DNA of 64,000 nucleotides from Candidatus Wirthbacteria bacterium (GTDB lineage: Bacteria; Patescibacteriota; CG2-30-54-11), in NCBI GenBank assembly GCA_903889905.1, contig CAISZI010000058.1:6160-70159 (forward strand). Reading direction: 5' to 3'. Positions within the stretch are counted from its first letter, which is position 1. Each line of letters begins with the position of its first letter. The position numbers and the translations under genes are program-made. The notes beneath the pieces were generated by a model that was given only the letters and a program-made list of their open reading frames with translations, made no database searches and was not told the origin of the DNA. Shown one piece after another: positions 39,691 through 49,088 of this stretch.

Positions 39691-40770
39691 TTACCAAATC
39701 AGACACGCATCCCCAAATGAAAAAAACCGGTATTTTTGCAAAACCGCTTCCTGGTAGGCCGCAAGCAGTTTTTCCCGCCCAACAAAAGCCGAAACCAGCA
39801 TCACCAGGCTTGATCGGGGCACATGAAAATTGGTAATCATGCCATCGATCAGCTTGAATTCGTGGCCAGGTTTGATAAACAAAGCAATCGGCCCTTGGTA
39901 TCCCTTGAGAGCGCCCTGGTCGTCCATGGCGGCTATGCCTTCAAGGGTGCGCACAGATGTTGTTCCAACGGCAATAATCTTTTTGCCAGCGGCCTTGGCA
40001 TGGTTTAGTCTCATGGCAACATCCTCCGGCAAATTCACCCACTCGGAATGGACTTTGACCGCGTCGACTTCCGTCGCTTTCATGATGGGGAAAGCTGTAT
40101 CGCGCGCCACATGCAATGTCAGGAATTCCATCTGCAGACCACGCTCCCGCAGTCGTTGCAGCAATCCTTCGGTAAAATGTAATCCGGCAGTGGGTGCTGC
40201 AATCGATCCGGATGACTTGGCATAGACTGTCTGGTACATCTGACTGTCGCCATGATAGTCGTGAATATAGGGTGGAATCGGCAGAACGCCAACCTGGTCC
40301 CAATGCTCCCGCAAAGGCGCGTCAAAACCAATCCAGCGCGTTCCTTCCTCCGTCGCCCCAAAAACCATGGCCTGCAAAAACTGATTCCCCTGCTGAAACA
40401 ATACTTTCTGCCCCGGACTTAATCCCGGATGCACCAGACATTCCCATGTGTCAGCATATACCTGCAATAAAGACTGCATCCCAGGAGTAAGCGACGCTGC
40501 CTCCATACGACACGGTTCCAAAGCCATCACTTCCACGCTACCGCCAGTCGGGTCTTTGTGCCCCAGCAACCGGCGTGGCTCAACTTTGGTTTGATTAAAA
40601 ACCAGCACCACATCATCCCCCAGCAGTTGATCCAACTCATGAAACACATGATGGCTCACCTCTCCGGTGACGCGGTTCAATTGCAGCAATTTTGCGCTGT
40701 CACGCGGATCTGCAGGTGTTTGGGCAATCAGCTCGCGTGGCAAATTAAAATCAAAATCAGCAGCGAGCAA
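39691..40770 (-). CDS. queA: S-adenosylmethionine:tRNA ribosyltransferase-isomerase
   Basis: LPRELIAQ, IPPYI, YQTVYA...GSIAAPTAGLHFT, HVPRSSLVMLVSAF, KYRFFSFGDA match QueA along the full length. Confidence 0.85.
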   Translation of the reverse strand: MLAADFDFNLPRELIAQTPADPRDSAKLLQLNRVTGEVSHHVFHELDQLLGDDVVLVFNQTKVEPRRLLGHKDPTGGSVEVMALEPCRMEAASLTPGMQSLLQVYADTWECLVHPGLSPGQKVLFQQGNQFLQAMVFGATEEGTRWIGFDAPLREHWDQVGVLPIPPYIHDYHGDSQMYQTVYAKSSGSIAAPTAGLHFTEGLLQRLRERGLQMEFLTLHVARDTAFPIMKATEVDAVKVHSEWVNLPEDVAMRLNHAKAAGKKIIAVGTTSVRTLEGIAAMDDQGALKGYQGPIALFIKPGHEFKLIDGMITNFHVPRSSLVMLVSAFVGREKLLAAYQEAVLQKYRFFSFGDACLIW

Positions 40771-40787
40771 ATGTCATCCTCGACAAT

Positions 40788-41921
40788 TTATAAACTGGTC
40801 AAGACAACGAACTGGCTGGTAGTACTTGTATAATATTCCAGCTCGGCGCGCAGCGTCCACGCGTTCCCGTCTGACTGGTACAAATAACCTGTGCGCTTTT
40901 CCGTGTCGGCCAGATTGGGATCGTGCGGCAACCTGGTCAGATATACAGGTACCAGTGCACTGGACAGAGCAAAAACATCCGCTTCGCTGTGACTTGGCGG
41001 AAAAGCCTGGTGAACAACAAAATAATCCGCCAGCGCGCGCTGGATAGCGGCCAAATCATCCCGTCGTTGATTGTCCCTGGCCTTTTTGGCAGTATCGGCC
41101 ACAATTTCATCCAGGTTGGCGTCAACGCTCTGGCTGACCACCTGCAAGTCGGTGATGCTGCCAGGCCCGAACTCCCAGAGTACGTCCACGGGCAAGACCT
41201 TGCCCTGAAAAGTCGTCAGTCCCGCCTTAAAAATAACCTGATAGATCACCTGTGGGTCCCAGTGGTTGAGCGCCAGCACAAGCTGCACAGTGTGGCTGGA
41301 AACCGCATAATTCACCTGTTTGACCAGATTGACAGGGGAAGCACGTATCTGGACCACGAAATGCACGGCGTCGGCGGTTTGTTTGTCCAGCGCGCTGCTT
41401 AAATTCAAACTGATCTGTGGTGCGGCACCAAGCAAAGTGGCGCTTAAAGGTTGTCCGGCCGACGGCAGCGAAGACTGCAGCGTCAAGGGCATATCCGAAA
41501 TTTTGAAACTGTCCGCCAGTGGTTCGGTGCGACGATATAGCATGGCTTTGAGCTGGGCTTTTTCTCCCGCCGCCACCTGCAGCTCCGCACTCCAGGGATA
41601 GGTGTTGTCTGATTCCAGACGTACCGCATAAGTGCCCGGTTCGAGGTTGGCAAAAACAAAAGGGGTGGTATGACCAGTATCTTTGAGGTCAAATAAAATT
41701 CTGACGCCGGTTGGCTCCGACGCAACCACCAGCTCGCCCTTGCTGGAAGTTGTTGTCTTGTCAGTTTGCGTGGGCGAGAAATCCTGTGCAGTATTGGCCG
41801 TATTGGCGTTGTTTGGTGCCGGCGTCTGCTGCAGTGACCAGACAGTCAGCGCCACGCCCCCCAATAACATCACCAGGATCAAACTGCCGATAATTTTTCT
41901 CATGTCGTTGGACCAACCCAT
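40788..41921 (-). CDS. Membrane-anchored PEGA-domain protein with C-terminal pilin-like (GspG/pseudopilin-type) domain
   Basis: N-terminal TM. PEGA-like block LVVASEPTGVRILFDLKDTGHTTPFVFANLEPGTYAVRL. C-terminal ARDNQRRDDLAAIQRALADYF...FPP motif resembles the pseudopilin core (RD..R..DL..I..AL..Y). Confidence 0.5.
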   Translation of the reverse strand: MGWSNDMRKIIGSLILVMLLGGVALTVWSLQQTPAPNNANTANTAQDFSPTQTDKTTTSSKGELVVASEPTGVRILFDLKDTGHTTPFVFANLEPGTYAVRLESDNTYPWSAELQVAAGEKAQLKAMLYRRTEPLADSFKISDMPLTLQSSLPSAGQPLSATLLGAAPQISLNLSSALDKQTADAVHFVVQIRASPVNLVKQVNYAVSSHTVQLVLALNHWDPQVIYQVIFKAGLTTFQGKVLPVDVLWEFGPGSITDLQVVSQSVDANLDEIVADTAKKARDNQRRDDLAAIQRALADYFVVHQAFPPSHSEADVFALSSALVPVYLTRLPHDPNLADTEKRTGYLYQSDGNAWTLRAELEYYTSTTSQFVVLTSL

Positions 41922-41930
41922 GCTCTAAAA

Positions 41931-43082
41931 CTATTCATTGCCAATGACTTCCAGGTTCCAGCGTGGAATTTTCTGCTCACCGCCCTGCTCCAGCTGTACC
42001 AGCACCAAATCCACGCCCGGGCCCAGGAGCGGGTCATCATTCGAGAGTTCCGGTAAAACGACGCGACCGGTTTTGCCAAAATTGATGCCAGCAATGACGC
42101 GGACCATTTGCTGCCTGGTCAAATTGACCCAAAACGAATTGGCAGTCTCAAATCCGGAAATCGGGCTCGAAAGCGAATCTGAGGGAAAGACGACACCGGG
42201 TTTGTTTTCATCGAGTTTGTCGAGAATGACCAGCTCGCCGCGTAGCGTTGACAAAAAATCCCAGAATTTGCGGTGCATCCGCAGCCGTCCAAACCCTTCG
42301 GTCAAAATCACAGCCGTGGCCTTGATATTGGCGTTGCTTTCATTGCCATCAAATTCCTGACTCAAATATTCCTGGTAATCACGGGCTGCTATGCTGGACG
42401 CCACAATGCCGCGCACACCCATGGCCATGGCGCGTTTCAAGACATCATAATCAACAGGCCCGCCGCTTAGAATAATTTTGTCGCAACAGCCAGCATCGAT
42501 GTGACGCGCCTGCAGGGGATCTTCATATTCGGTCACTGTATCAATCGTGCCCATGGTCGGCAGTCCAATGCCCAGCAGTCCACGCATAATACTGGAACGC
42601 AAGGTAATGTCAATTGCCCTGTCGCCTTCGATATTGGTGACAACGCCTTCAAAGCCAGCCTCCAGGCTAAAAGCAATCGAGGTCCTCTGGATCTGAATTT
42701 CACCTGTGTGGGTATTAAAATTTGTCAAAATTCCATCGACTGGGGAGCGAAAAACGCGGCGGCCAAAACCGTGCCTTTTTTCGGCGAGCACTTCACTGGC
42801 TTTGACCGGTTCGCCGGGTTTGCGGTGCAAATGCCGATGAATAGATCGTGGTGAAGCGCCCAAAATGGAAGCCAGGTTGAAACGCTCAGACTCTCCGGGC
42901 ATATCACACTGACCAATCACCTGCGCTGCCGTGACCTTTTCGCCGCGCGCGACCAGAATCTGGCCCTTGACCGGAAGTTCACGACGCAGGGTGTATTCGA
43001 CATGATGCATGATTTTGCTACGGCTATCTCTGACCCACACGGCGTTAGACCCTCCCGTCAAAGTAAAATCCCTTGACGCCAA
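41931..43082 (-). CDS. Hypothetical protein (383 aa), translationally coupled to the upstream ASKHA ATPase gene
   Basis: Coding-like ORF with 38-bp overlap with the 43045-44679 gene. No motif recognised. Confidence 0.35.
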   Translation of the reverse strand: MASRDFTLTGGSNAVWVRDSRSKIMHHVEYTLRRELPVKGQILVARGEKVTAAQVIGQCDMPGESERFNLASILGASPRSIHRHLHRKPGEPVKASEVLAEKRHGFGRRVFRSPVDGILTNFNTHTGEIQIQRTSIAFSLEAGFEGVVTNIEGDRAIDITLRSSIMRGLLGIGLPTMGTIDTVTEYEDPLQARHIDAGCCDKIILSGGPVDYDVLKRAMAMGVRGIVASSIAARDYQEYLSQEFDGNESNANIKATAVILTEGFGRLRMHRKFWDFLSTLRGELVILDKLDENKPGVVFPSDSLSSPISGFETANSFWVNLTRQQMVRVIAGINFGKTGRVVLPELSNDDPLLGPGVDLVLVQLEQGGEQKIPRWNLEVIGNE

Positions 43083-44679
43083 CTTTCACCCGGATGACGA
43101 CTTCTTCAGCCATGGCAAAGCCACTCACCTTCGCTTTGGATTCAGGCTTGATGCGAAGGATGGCGCTTTTGCCAACAGGCGCGCCCACGGCATGAATTTC
43201 TCCCATTTTCACATCAAACGCTTCCACGTCGGGGTTGTTGGTGTCAATTGTTACCCGACCCAAAACACCTTTGTGACGGGGTTTTCCGGCAAATCGCACA
43301 AAATCCAGCACGCGCACCAGATACTGTTCCACATCCAGTTCTTCCACCGAATGAGGATGAGCCTTCAGCAGCAACCCCAGGAGCGGCAGGACCGCGGCTT
43401 TGTTCATCCATAAGGTGGCCGTAAACGGCAAATTGCTCGGCAGCAAGGCATCATCAATTAACGTCTCGAGGCGAGTGCCCAGACCAAAAAAAGAACCACT
43501 CAGGACAATATGTTTGGGTTGAAAATCCGGCGGGATGGACTGCCAGGCGTGCCCCAGAATTGTTTTGACGATCATGGTTTGCCACTTCAAGTCGGCGGCA
43601 TCCGGCACTGTGTCCGGGTAAAGCCGGTGATTGAGAATACGGTCGCGGAATTGCTGGCCTTCATTCTCTGGCCAAAGGGAAACCATTTGTTTGAGTCCGG
43701 CATCATCCAGGTACAATTCCATCGGCGACGACAATCCCATCTGCGGCAGCACTTTCATACCAAACAGCTGTTTGTGCCCGTGCTGCTCATCTTCTTTGGC
43801 GTAAATCGACTCGGCTTCTGCCCAAATTGGAATGTTATAACCATCAATGTAACGCGCCCACAGAAGTCGCGTTTCCGTAGCCCCGATATCCACCAGCAGC
43901 ACATTTTCGTGCCAGTGCTCGATCAGTAATGAAAGTGAAGCCAGCAATGAAGAATAATTGGATTCAACTTCAGCGTGAATTTTGGGTAATAATAAATCCT
44001 GGGTCTGGGCACGGTGTAATAAAATCTGCTGCAATTCGACAAACAGCTGCATATAGTTTTTGTGGCGTTTGCCAGGCCACAGGTCAGGCACCAGGTACAC
44101 CTTGTGCTGCTCGGCAAAAATACCACTTAAGGGTGTGAGAAGTTCTTCGCAGCCAACAAAGAAAATCGGCAGCGTAAATGGCACCTTCGCCACAGTTGCC
44201 GCCAGATTTTGTGCCACATGCAGCACCTGCCTCGATTTGTGACGTTCAAAACCACCCACCATCAGCACCGCGTCCAGGTCTTTGTTTAGATCCTGATTGG
44301 ATTTGTGCCAGAATGTCTGTTTGGGCGTGCAGATACCCATGACTTCGATGCCCAGCGTCTGGCAAAAACGCAACGCATCGTCAATATCATCGTTGGCAAA
44401 ACCACCAATCATCACCCTGAGCTGCGGCAAACGGCTGGTGGATGCCAGTACCGTGGGTGGCGCTTCGTCCCCGACCAACAACCTGGACAAATCCCAGGTA
44501 GCCTGCGCGTTGCCGATGGGCGGATCGACAAAAAGCCCGCTGGAATTGCTGGGCAGGATTTCAAACGCGCGCCACTCGAGGTGATTGTCATTTTTGACAA
44601 AAACCCCAACTTTGGTAAACACATTACCAACGTCCACCGCGAGCCATTTATTGGTTTTTGACTTTTGCGTTTTAATCAT
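43045..44679 (-). CDS. Actin/Hsp70-fold (ASKHA superfamily) ATPase with C-terminal beta-rich domain
   Basis: Phosphate-1 like LAVDVGNVFTKVGVF, phosphate-2 like VLLVDIGATETRLLWA, adenosine-like HIVLSGSFFGLG. Cannot discriminate Hsp70-like from FtsA/PilM/EutA-like. Confidence 0.4.
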   Translation of the reverse strand: MIKTQKSKTNKWLAVDVGNVFTKVGVFVKNDNHLEWRAFEILPSNSSGLFVDPPIGNAQATWDLSRLLVGDEAPPTVLASTSRLPQLRVMIGGFANDDIDDALRFCQTLGIEVMGICTPKQTFWHKSNQDLNKDLDAVLMVGGFERHKSRQVLHVAQNLAATVAKVPFTLPIFFVGCEELLTPLSGIFAEQHKVYLVPDLWPGKRHKNYMQLFVELQQILLHRAQTQDLLLPKIHAEVESNYSSLLASLSLLIEHWHENVLLVDIGATETRLLWARYIDGYNIPIWAEAESIYAKEDEQHGHKQLFGMKVLPQMGLSSPMELYLDDAGLKQMVSLWPENEGQQFRDRILNHRLYPDTVPDAADLKWQTMIVKTILGHAWQSIPPDFQPKHIVLSGSFFGLGTRLETLIDDALLPSNLPFTATLWMNKAAVLPLLGLLLKAHPHSVEELDVEQYLVRVLDFVRFAGKPRHKGVLGRVTIDTNNPDVEAFDVKMGEIHAVGAPVGKSAILRIKPESKAKVSGFAMAEEVVIRVKVGVKGFYFDGRV

Positions 44680-44746
44680 CCTGGCACACTAATAACAATA
44701 TGCCGTCATCATAAATCAACCGCCATGAGAGGGCAAGTGCATAGAT

Positions 44747-47494
44747 TTATAAATCCTGTTCGCGAATGATCAGGGTATCCCCGCGGCGCACATCACCGCG
44801 CAGGACTTTGCCGGCAATCGGATCTTCGATCTTGGACTGGATGACACGACGCAGTGGCCGGGCACCATTGAGGGGGTCAAAGCCCAGTTCAGAGAGTTTT
44901 TTGACCGCTTCTTTGGTGATTTTGAAATTGATGTCCTGTTCCTTGAGCTTTTCCTGGATGCCACGCAGCATGCGTTCGGCAATCGTATAAATTTCATCCT
45001 GCCCAAGGGGTTTGAAGACAATAATGCCGTCAAACCGGTTGAGCAGCTCCGGGCGATAGTACTGAGGCAAAACATTGTGCAGCAAATCCTGCTTGATCTC
45101 TTCGCTGTTACGGCCACTTTCGACACCATCCTGAATCATTTTGGCGCCAGCATTCGAGGTGGCGATGATGATGGTGTTGGAAAAATCGACAAGTCGGCCG
45201 GTGGAATCCGTCAGTCTGCCATCGTCAAACACCTGCAGAAACAGGTTGTGTACATCGGCATTGGCTTTTTCAAATTCATCCAGCAGCACCAGACAAAACG
45301 GCCGATGCCGGACGGCTTCGGTAAGTTGCCCAAACCCGGCATCCGAGCTGGATTCACCCGGTGGCGCGCCAATCAGGCGATAAATACTTTCCTTGGTGAC
45401 AAATTCCGACATATCAAAATGCACCATCAGTTTTTCGTGACCAAAATAAACCTCGGCCAGCGTCTTGGCCAGTTCCGTTTTGCCCACGCCGGTTGAGCCA
45501 ACAAAGAGAAAATTGGCAATCGGTTTGTGTTGGTCGCGTAAACCGACACGCGAACGGCGTACGGCATTGGCCACCATACTCACCGCTTCGTCCTGGCCCA
45601 CCAGCCGTTCGTGCATGATGCTTTCCAGTTTGAGCAGGCGGTCGGTCTCGTCCACGGTAATGTCGTTTACCGGTATTTTTGTTTTGTTGGAAACCACGGC
45701 GGCAATATCTTCGGCCAGCACATATTTGCGTTTGGACTGTTTGCCAACCAGCACGGCCGCTTCGTCAAGCAAATCAATGGCCTTGTCCGGCTGCACATTG
45801 TCGTGGATATATTTGTTGCCAAACGTGATCGCCGCCTTGATCGCCTGATAGGTCACGATGACTTTTTGTTTTTGTTCAAATTGCAAGACCACCGTTTCCA
45901 GGATTTTAACGAGATCATCAAATTCCGGTTCCTTGACTTCCAGAGTGGAAAAACAACGGGCAAAGGATTCATTGGTTTCGACAAAACGGGAATATTCTTT
46001 CATGGTCGTTGTCCCAACGCACTGGAATTCACTACGGGTAAGTGCGGGCTCAAAAATGGAAAATGCGTCGAGACCACTTCCAGCTCCGGCACCGGCGCCT
46101 TTGAGCGTGTGAATATTGTCAATGGCGAGAATGACGTTATGCGAACGACTCGCTTCTTCGAGCACGCGACTTGCTACCTGGGAAAATTGATTGCCATTAT
46201 CGCTCGCCCCCACCAGACTGCCCACATTCAGTTCCACCACCCTTTTGTTGCGCAGCGCGCCCACGACATTGCCTTCGACGATGCGCTGCGCCAGGCCTTC
46301 GACCAGGCTGGTTTTACCCACGCCCGGATCGCCAATAAGAAGCACGCTGCTTTTGGAGGAACGCCCGAGGATGCGCGCCAGATCGCTGATTTCTTCGGTG
46401 CGGCCGATGACTTCCCTGAGCCTGCCTTTGCGCGCGGCCTTGGTCAGGTCTTTGCTGTATTTGTCCAGGGTTACAGTCCAGCCCGACGACCAGCCCAGAT
46501 CCATTTTGCCGGAACGTTTAAAACTTTTGATGTCGAGCTGCGTCCACCATTTGTCTTTTTCTTCCTGCCGGTCCAGCCAGTAAGTGACATTGCGCACATC
46601 AGACAGATAAATACGCTGGTCACGAAAATATGCCAGAGTCCGTTCATCGCCTTTGACAAAACTGAGCACCAGATCGCGCTGGCGGATCGAGGCGTGCCCA
46701 AGCAACCAGGATTCTTCAAACGCGTCAATCAGCACGTCCTTAAGCCGTGCCGAGATGATGATGTCGTCATCGGCACGCAAATCCACTTCGCCCAGCAAAT
46801 TCTGCACAAAAGTCTGCATCGCCTGCAAGTCCAGATTGAGCCGCACAGCGAGTGTTGTAATTTCGTCGCCCTGCGTGAGCCGCCGCAACAGCTGATAGGG
46901 ACGCAGCACGCGTCGCTTTTTGACACGGGCTTCCTCCAGCACGTCATCAAACACCTGGCGACCGTGCAGGCTCAAAAGACTGGTCAGCTCAACAAACGAC
47001 CGCGAGGATTGCTTTTGTTTGATGTCATGCCAGTGCACCATATCCGTGTCAGCCATGGCAATCCAGGCAGAATTCGCCTTGGCCGGAACCCTGGCCAGAG
47101 GATGCCGACCGCGCGTCATCCAGTAAAAATATGTCAGCCAGAACCAGATTAAGCCAAAGAACGCAGCGCTCCAGATCCCCAGCGCAAAAAATCGGTCATA
47201 GGATAAAGTCAGCTGGTTATCCAAAGCGAGCAGGTTCCGCAGCCCAACCAGCAGGCAGAGGATGCCACCCGCGAGCAATAACCAACGCAGACAAAGCGCA
47301 AAGGTATGTTGCAATTGATAGTGCAAATCAGTGACCACAACTTTGGGCAATGTCGCATACACAATCCAGCCTTCGTATTCCGCCCATACACCCACGCCAT
47401 CGCACTCAGGGCAGGAACGACCTTCTAAAATGCCTTTGCCGGCGCAGGCTGGACAGTGGAATTTGTGTAATTTTGATTGGCGTTCTTCGCTCAC
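44747..47494 (-). CDS. ClpA/ClpB-family AAA+ ATPase with N-terminal zinc ribbon and two TM helices (membrane-anchored)
   Basis: CPACAGKG...CPECDG zinc ribbon. Two hydrophobic helices (FALCLRWLLLAGGILCLLVGL; ALGIWSAAFFGLIWFWLTYFYW). Clp N-domain-like repeats. D1 Walker A GDPGVGKTS. D2 Walker A GSTGVGKTE with sensor-2 GARPLRR. Confidence 0.8.
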   Translation of the reverse strand: MSEERQSKLHKFHCPACAGKGILEGRSCPECDGVGVWAEYEGWIVYATLPKVVVTDLHYQLQHTFALCLRWLLLAGGILCLLVGLRNLLALDNQLTLSYDRFFALGIWSAAFFGLIWFWLTYFYWMTRGRHPLARVPAKANSAWIAMADTDMVHWHDIKQKQSSRSFVELTSLLSLHGRQVFDDVLEEARVKKRRVLRPYQLLRRLTQGDEITTLAVRLNLDLQAMQTFVQNLLGEVDLRADDDIIISARLKDVLIDAFEESWLLGHASIRQRDLVLSFVKGDERTLAYFRDQRIYLSDVRNVTYWLDRQEEKDKWWTQLDIKSFKRSGKMDLGWSSGWTVTLDKYSKDLTKAARKGRLREVIGRTEEISDLARILGRSSKSSVLLIGDPGVGKTSLVEGLAQRIVEGNVVGALRNKRVVELNVGSLVGASDNGNQFSQVASRVLEEASRSHNVILAIDNIHTLKGAGAGAGSGLDAFSIFEPALTRSEFQCVGTTTMKEYSRFVETNESFARCFSTLEVKEPEFDDLVKILETVVLQFEQKQKVIVTYQAIKAAITFGNKYIHDNVQPDKAIDLLDEAAVLVGKQSKRKYVLAEDIAAVVSNKTKIPVNDITVDETDRLLKLESIMHERLVGQDEAVSMVANAVRRSRVGLRDQHKPIANFLFVGSTGVGKTELAKTLAEVYFGHEKLMVHFDMSEFVTKESIYRLIGAPPGESSSDAGFGQLTEAVRHRPFCLVLLDEFEKANADVHNLFLQVFDDGRLTDSTGRLVDFSNTIIIATSNAGAKMIQDGVESGRNSEEIKQDLLHNVLPQYYRPELLNRFDGIIVFKPLGQDEIYTIAERMLRGIQEKLKEQDINFKITKEAVKKLSELGFDPLNGARPLRRVIQSKIEDPIAGKVLRGDVRRGDTLIIREQDL

Positions 47495-47856
47495 ACGATG
47501 ACCAGACTAGTGAATAAAGCCAACAGCAGCAGCGGCGGAATAAGCATCCACCCAACCAAAAGTAACGCATCCACGATCAGTACCATGAGCAGACAGGTCA
47601 AACCAACCGCAATCCAACCCAGACGAATGACCACACCAATGCCGCGTCCAACCACGGCATAATCCTGGTGTAGTGGCTGCAGTGTCACCAGTTGCTTGAG
47701 CATGACCAGAAACTGAAACGTGTCCTCAACCAAGGCAATCAGAAACAACGAAAAAAAGAATAAAATCGACAGCATTTCGCCATACCACCACCGCAGCCAA
47801 TAGACAGGCTGGAGATAAACAGGGCGGCAGGGTTTGAATAATACGCGTTCAAACAT
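47491..47856 (-). CDS. Small hydrophobic membrane protein (121 aa) overlapping the Clp-like gene start by 4 bp
   Basis: Three predicted TM helices. ATGA overlap suggests translational coupling with the downstream AAA+ gene. Confidence 0.35.
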   Translation of the reverse strand: MFERVLFKPCRPVYLQPVYWLRWWYGEMLSILFFFSLFLIALVEDTFQFLVMLKQLVTLQPLHQDYAVVGRGIGVVIRLGWIAVGLTCLLMVLIVDALLLVGWMLIPPLLLLALFTSLVIV

Positions 47857-47942
47857 CAGGGGAGTTCCCTTGACGACAATTAATCATTTTAGTATAACAC
47901 ACGGTCGGCAAAACGAGGAGTACGGCAACTCAAGCAGAGGAA

Positions 47943-49073
47943 TTAATAAGTGAGCCGGTCTTCATTGGCCGGAACCACTTCTACCCAGATTTTGCCACTG
48001 TCCAGCACAATCGGCTGGCCGGCGCTGTCGGTCAGGATGGTGCGGCTGTCCATGGTTGCTTTGCTCCAGCGGGCTTTGATTGCCAGCCCATCGCGGAAAA
48101 TAACTGCATCACCCGTGCCTTCCACCTGCATGTCTTTGCGGCCTTTTTCGTCGCCGGACCGCTGCCAGACCTTGAGCTCGAGAGCAATCACGTTTTTGGC
48201 ACTGATCTGCAGACCATTTTCGGCGTCCTTGTGCGCTACCCCACCATAAGCGTGCAGGTACGTATTGGTCGTCGGATCGTAGGTCCAGGTGGAGGTATAG
48301 GCAGCCGTGCTGTAATTGATTTTGATTGACTGGCTCGCGGGTCTGGCGGCCAGCATGGGCTCATCGTCCTTGAAACTCCAAGACGTAAAGGTAGCCTGTG
48401 TGCCCCAGCCTTTGGAATCCATGGCATCACGCAGTTTGACAATGGAGGTGTAAGCCCGATGCTCCACAGCGCGGCCAGTTGAGGGAGGATCCCATTTGGC
48501 GCCAAAGTCGCTGAGGTCGTTGATACCTTTAGGCCGGAGCAACGAGAGTACCGCCGGATCCTGGCCAATGTGGGCAAACACACCATTGTATTCTTTGATA
48601 AAATCCAGCATGTAGACACGGGCACTGCGTTCGGGACCAATTTTGGCGGGTTCATTTTGTTGAAAAATAGCCAGGAAACGCGTGATGCCACCCTCTACCG
48701 GAAGTTCATAGACTATGTCCGCTTCGCTCAAACCAGTGGGTGGACGCGAGTCCTGGTGATTTTCAACGGAAACAATCACCGGTCGCCTTTTGGCGACATC
48801 AGGGGGCACTAAAACGCCATTCAAGTAACTCGGTACGCGCACATCCACCGGCGGCACGACCACGGGCGTCGACGCGACAGGTGCCGAAAGTGGCGTGGAA
48901 AGAGGCCGTCCCAGTGCCACGGAAGCATGATTTTGGCTCATCACCCAGGCACCCGTGGCAGTCCCCAGCACCAGCAGAGCGGCAATCGCGCCCAGGACAA
49001 TATTGCGGCGGCGTTTGTTTTGGCTCTCGCCCGTAAAATCAACGTGGCCAATGCCGTGTGTTTCTAATCCCAT
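47943..49073 (-). CDS. DUF3048-family secreted/anchored protein (YerB-like)
   Basis: N-terminal TM or signal. VIVSVENHQDSRPPTGLSEADIVYELPVEGGITRFLAIF pattern recalled for DUF3048 N-domain proteins. From memory, moderate. Confidence 0.5.
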   Translation of the reverse strand: MGLETHGIGHVDFTGESQNKRRRNIVLGAIAALLVLGTATGAWVMSQNHASVALGRPLSTPLSAPVASTPVVVPPVDVRVPSYLNGVLVPPDVAKRRPVIVSVENHQDSRPPTGLSEADIVYELPVEGGITRFLAIFQQNEPAKIGPERSARVYMLDFIKEYNGVFAHIGQDPAVLSLLRPKGINDLSDFGAKWDPPSTGRAVEHRAYTSIVKLRDAMDSKGWGTQATFTSWSFKDDEPMLAARPASQSIKINYSTAAYTSTWTYDPTTNTYLHAYGGVAHKDAENGLQISAKNVIALELKVWQRSGDEKGRKDMQVEGTGDAVIFRDGLAIKARWSKATMDSRTILTDSAGQPIVLDSGKIWVEVVPANEDRLTY

Positions 49074-49088
49074 AAATTGCTCCGGATA

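Noticed and set aside
45611-47152. 513-aa plus-strand ORF
   Set aside because: Fully antisense to the ClpA/B-like ATPase gene, which has unmistakable Walker and sensor motifs. Shadow ORF.
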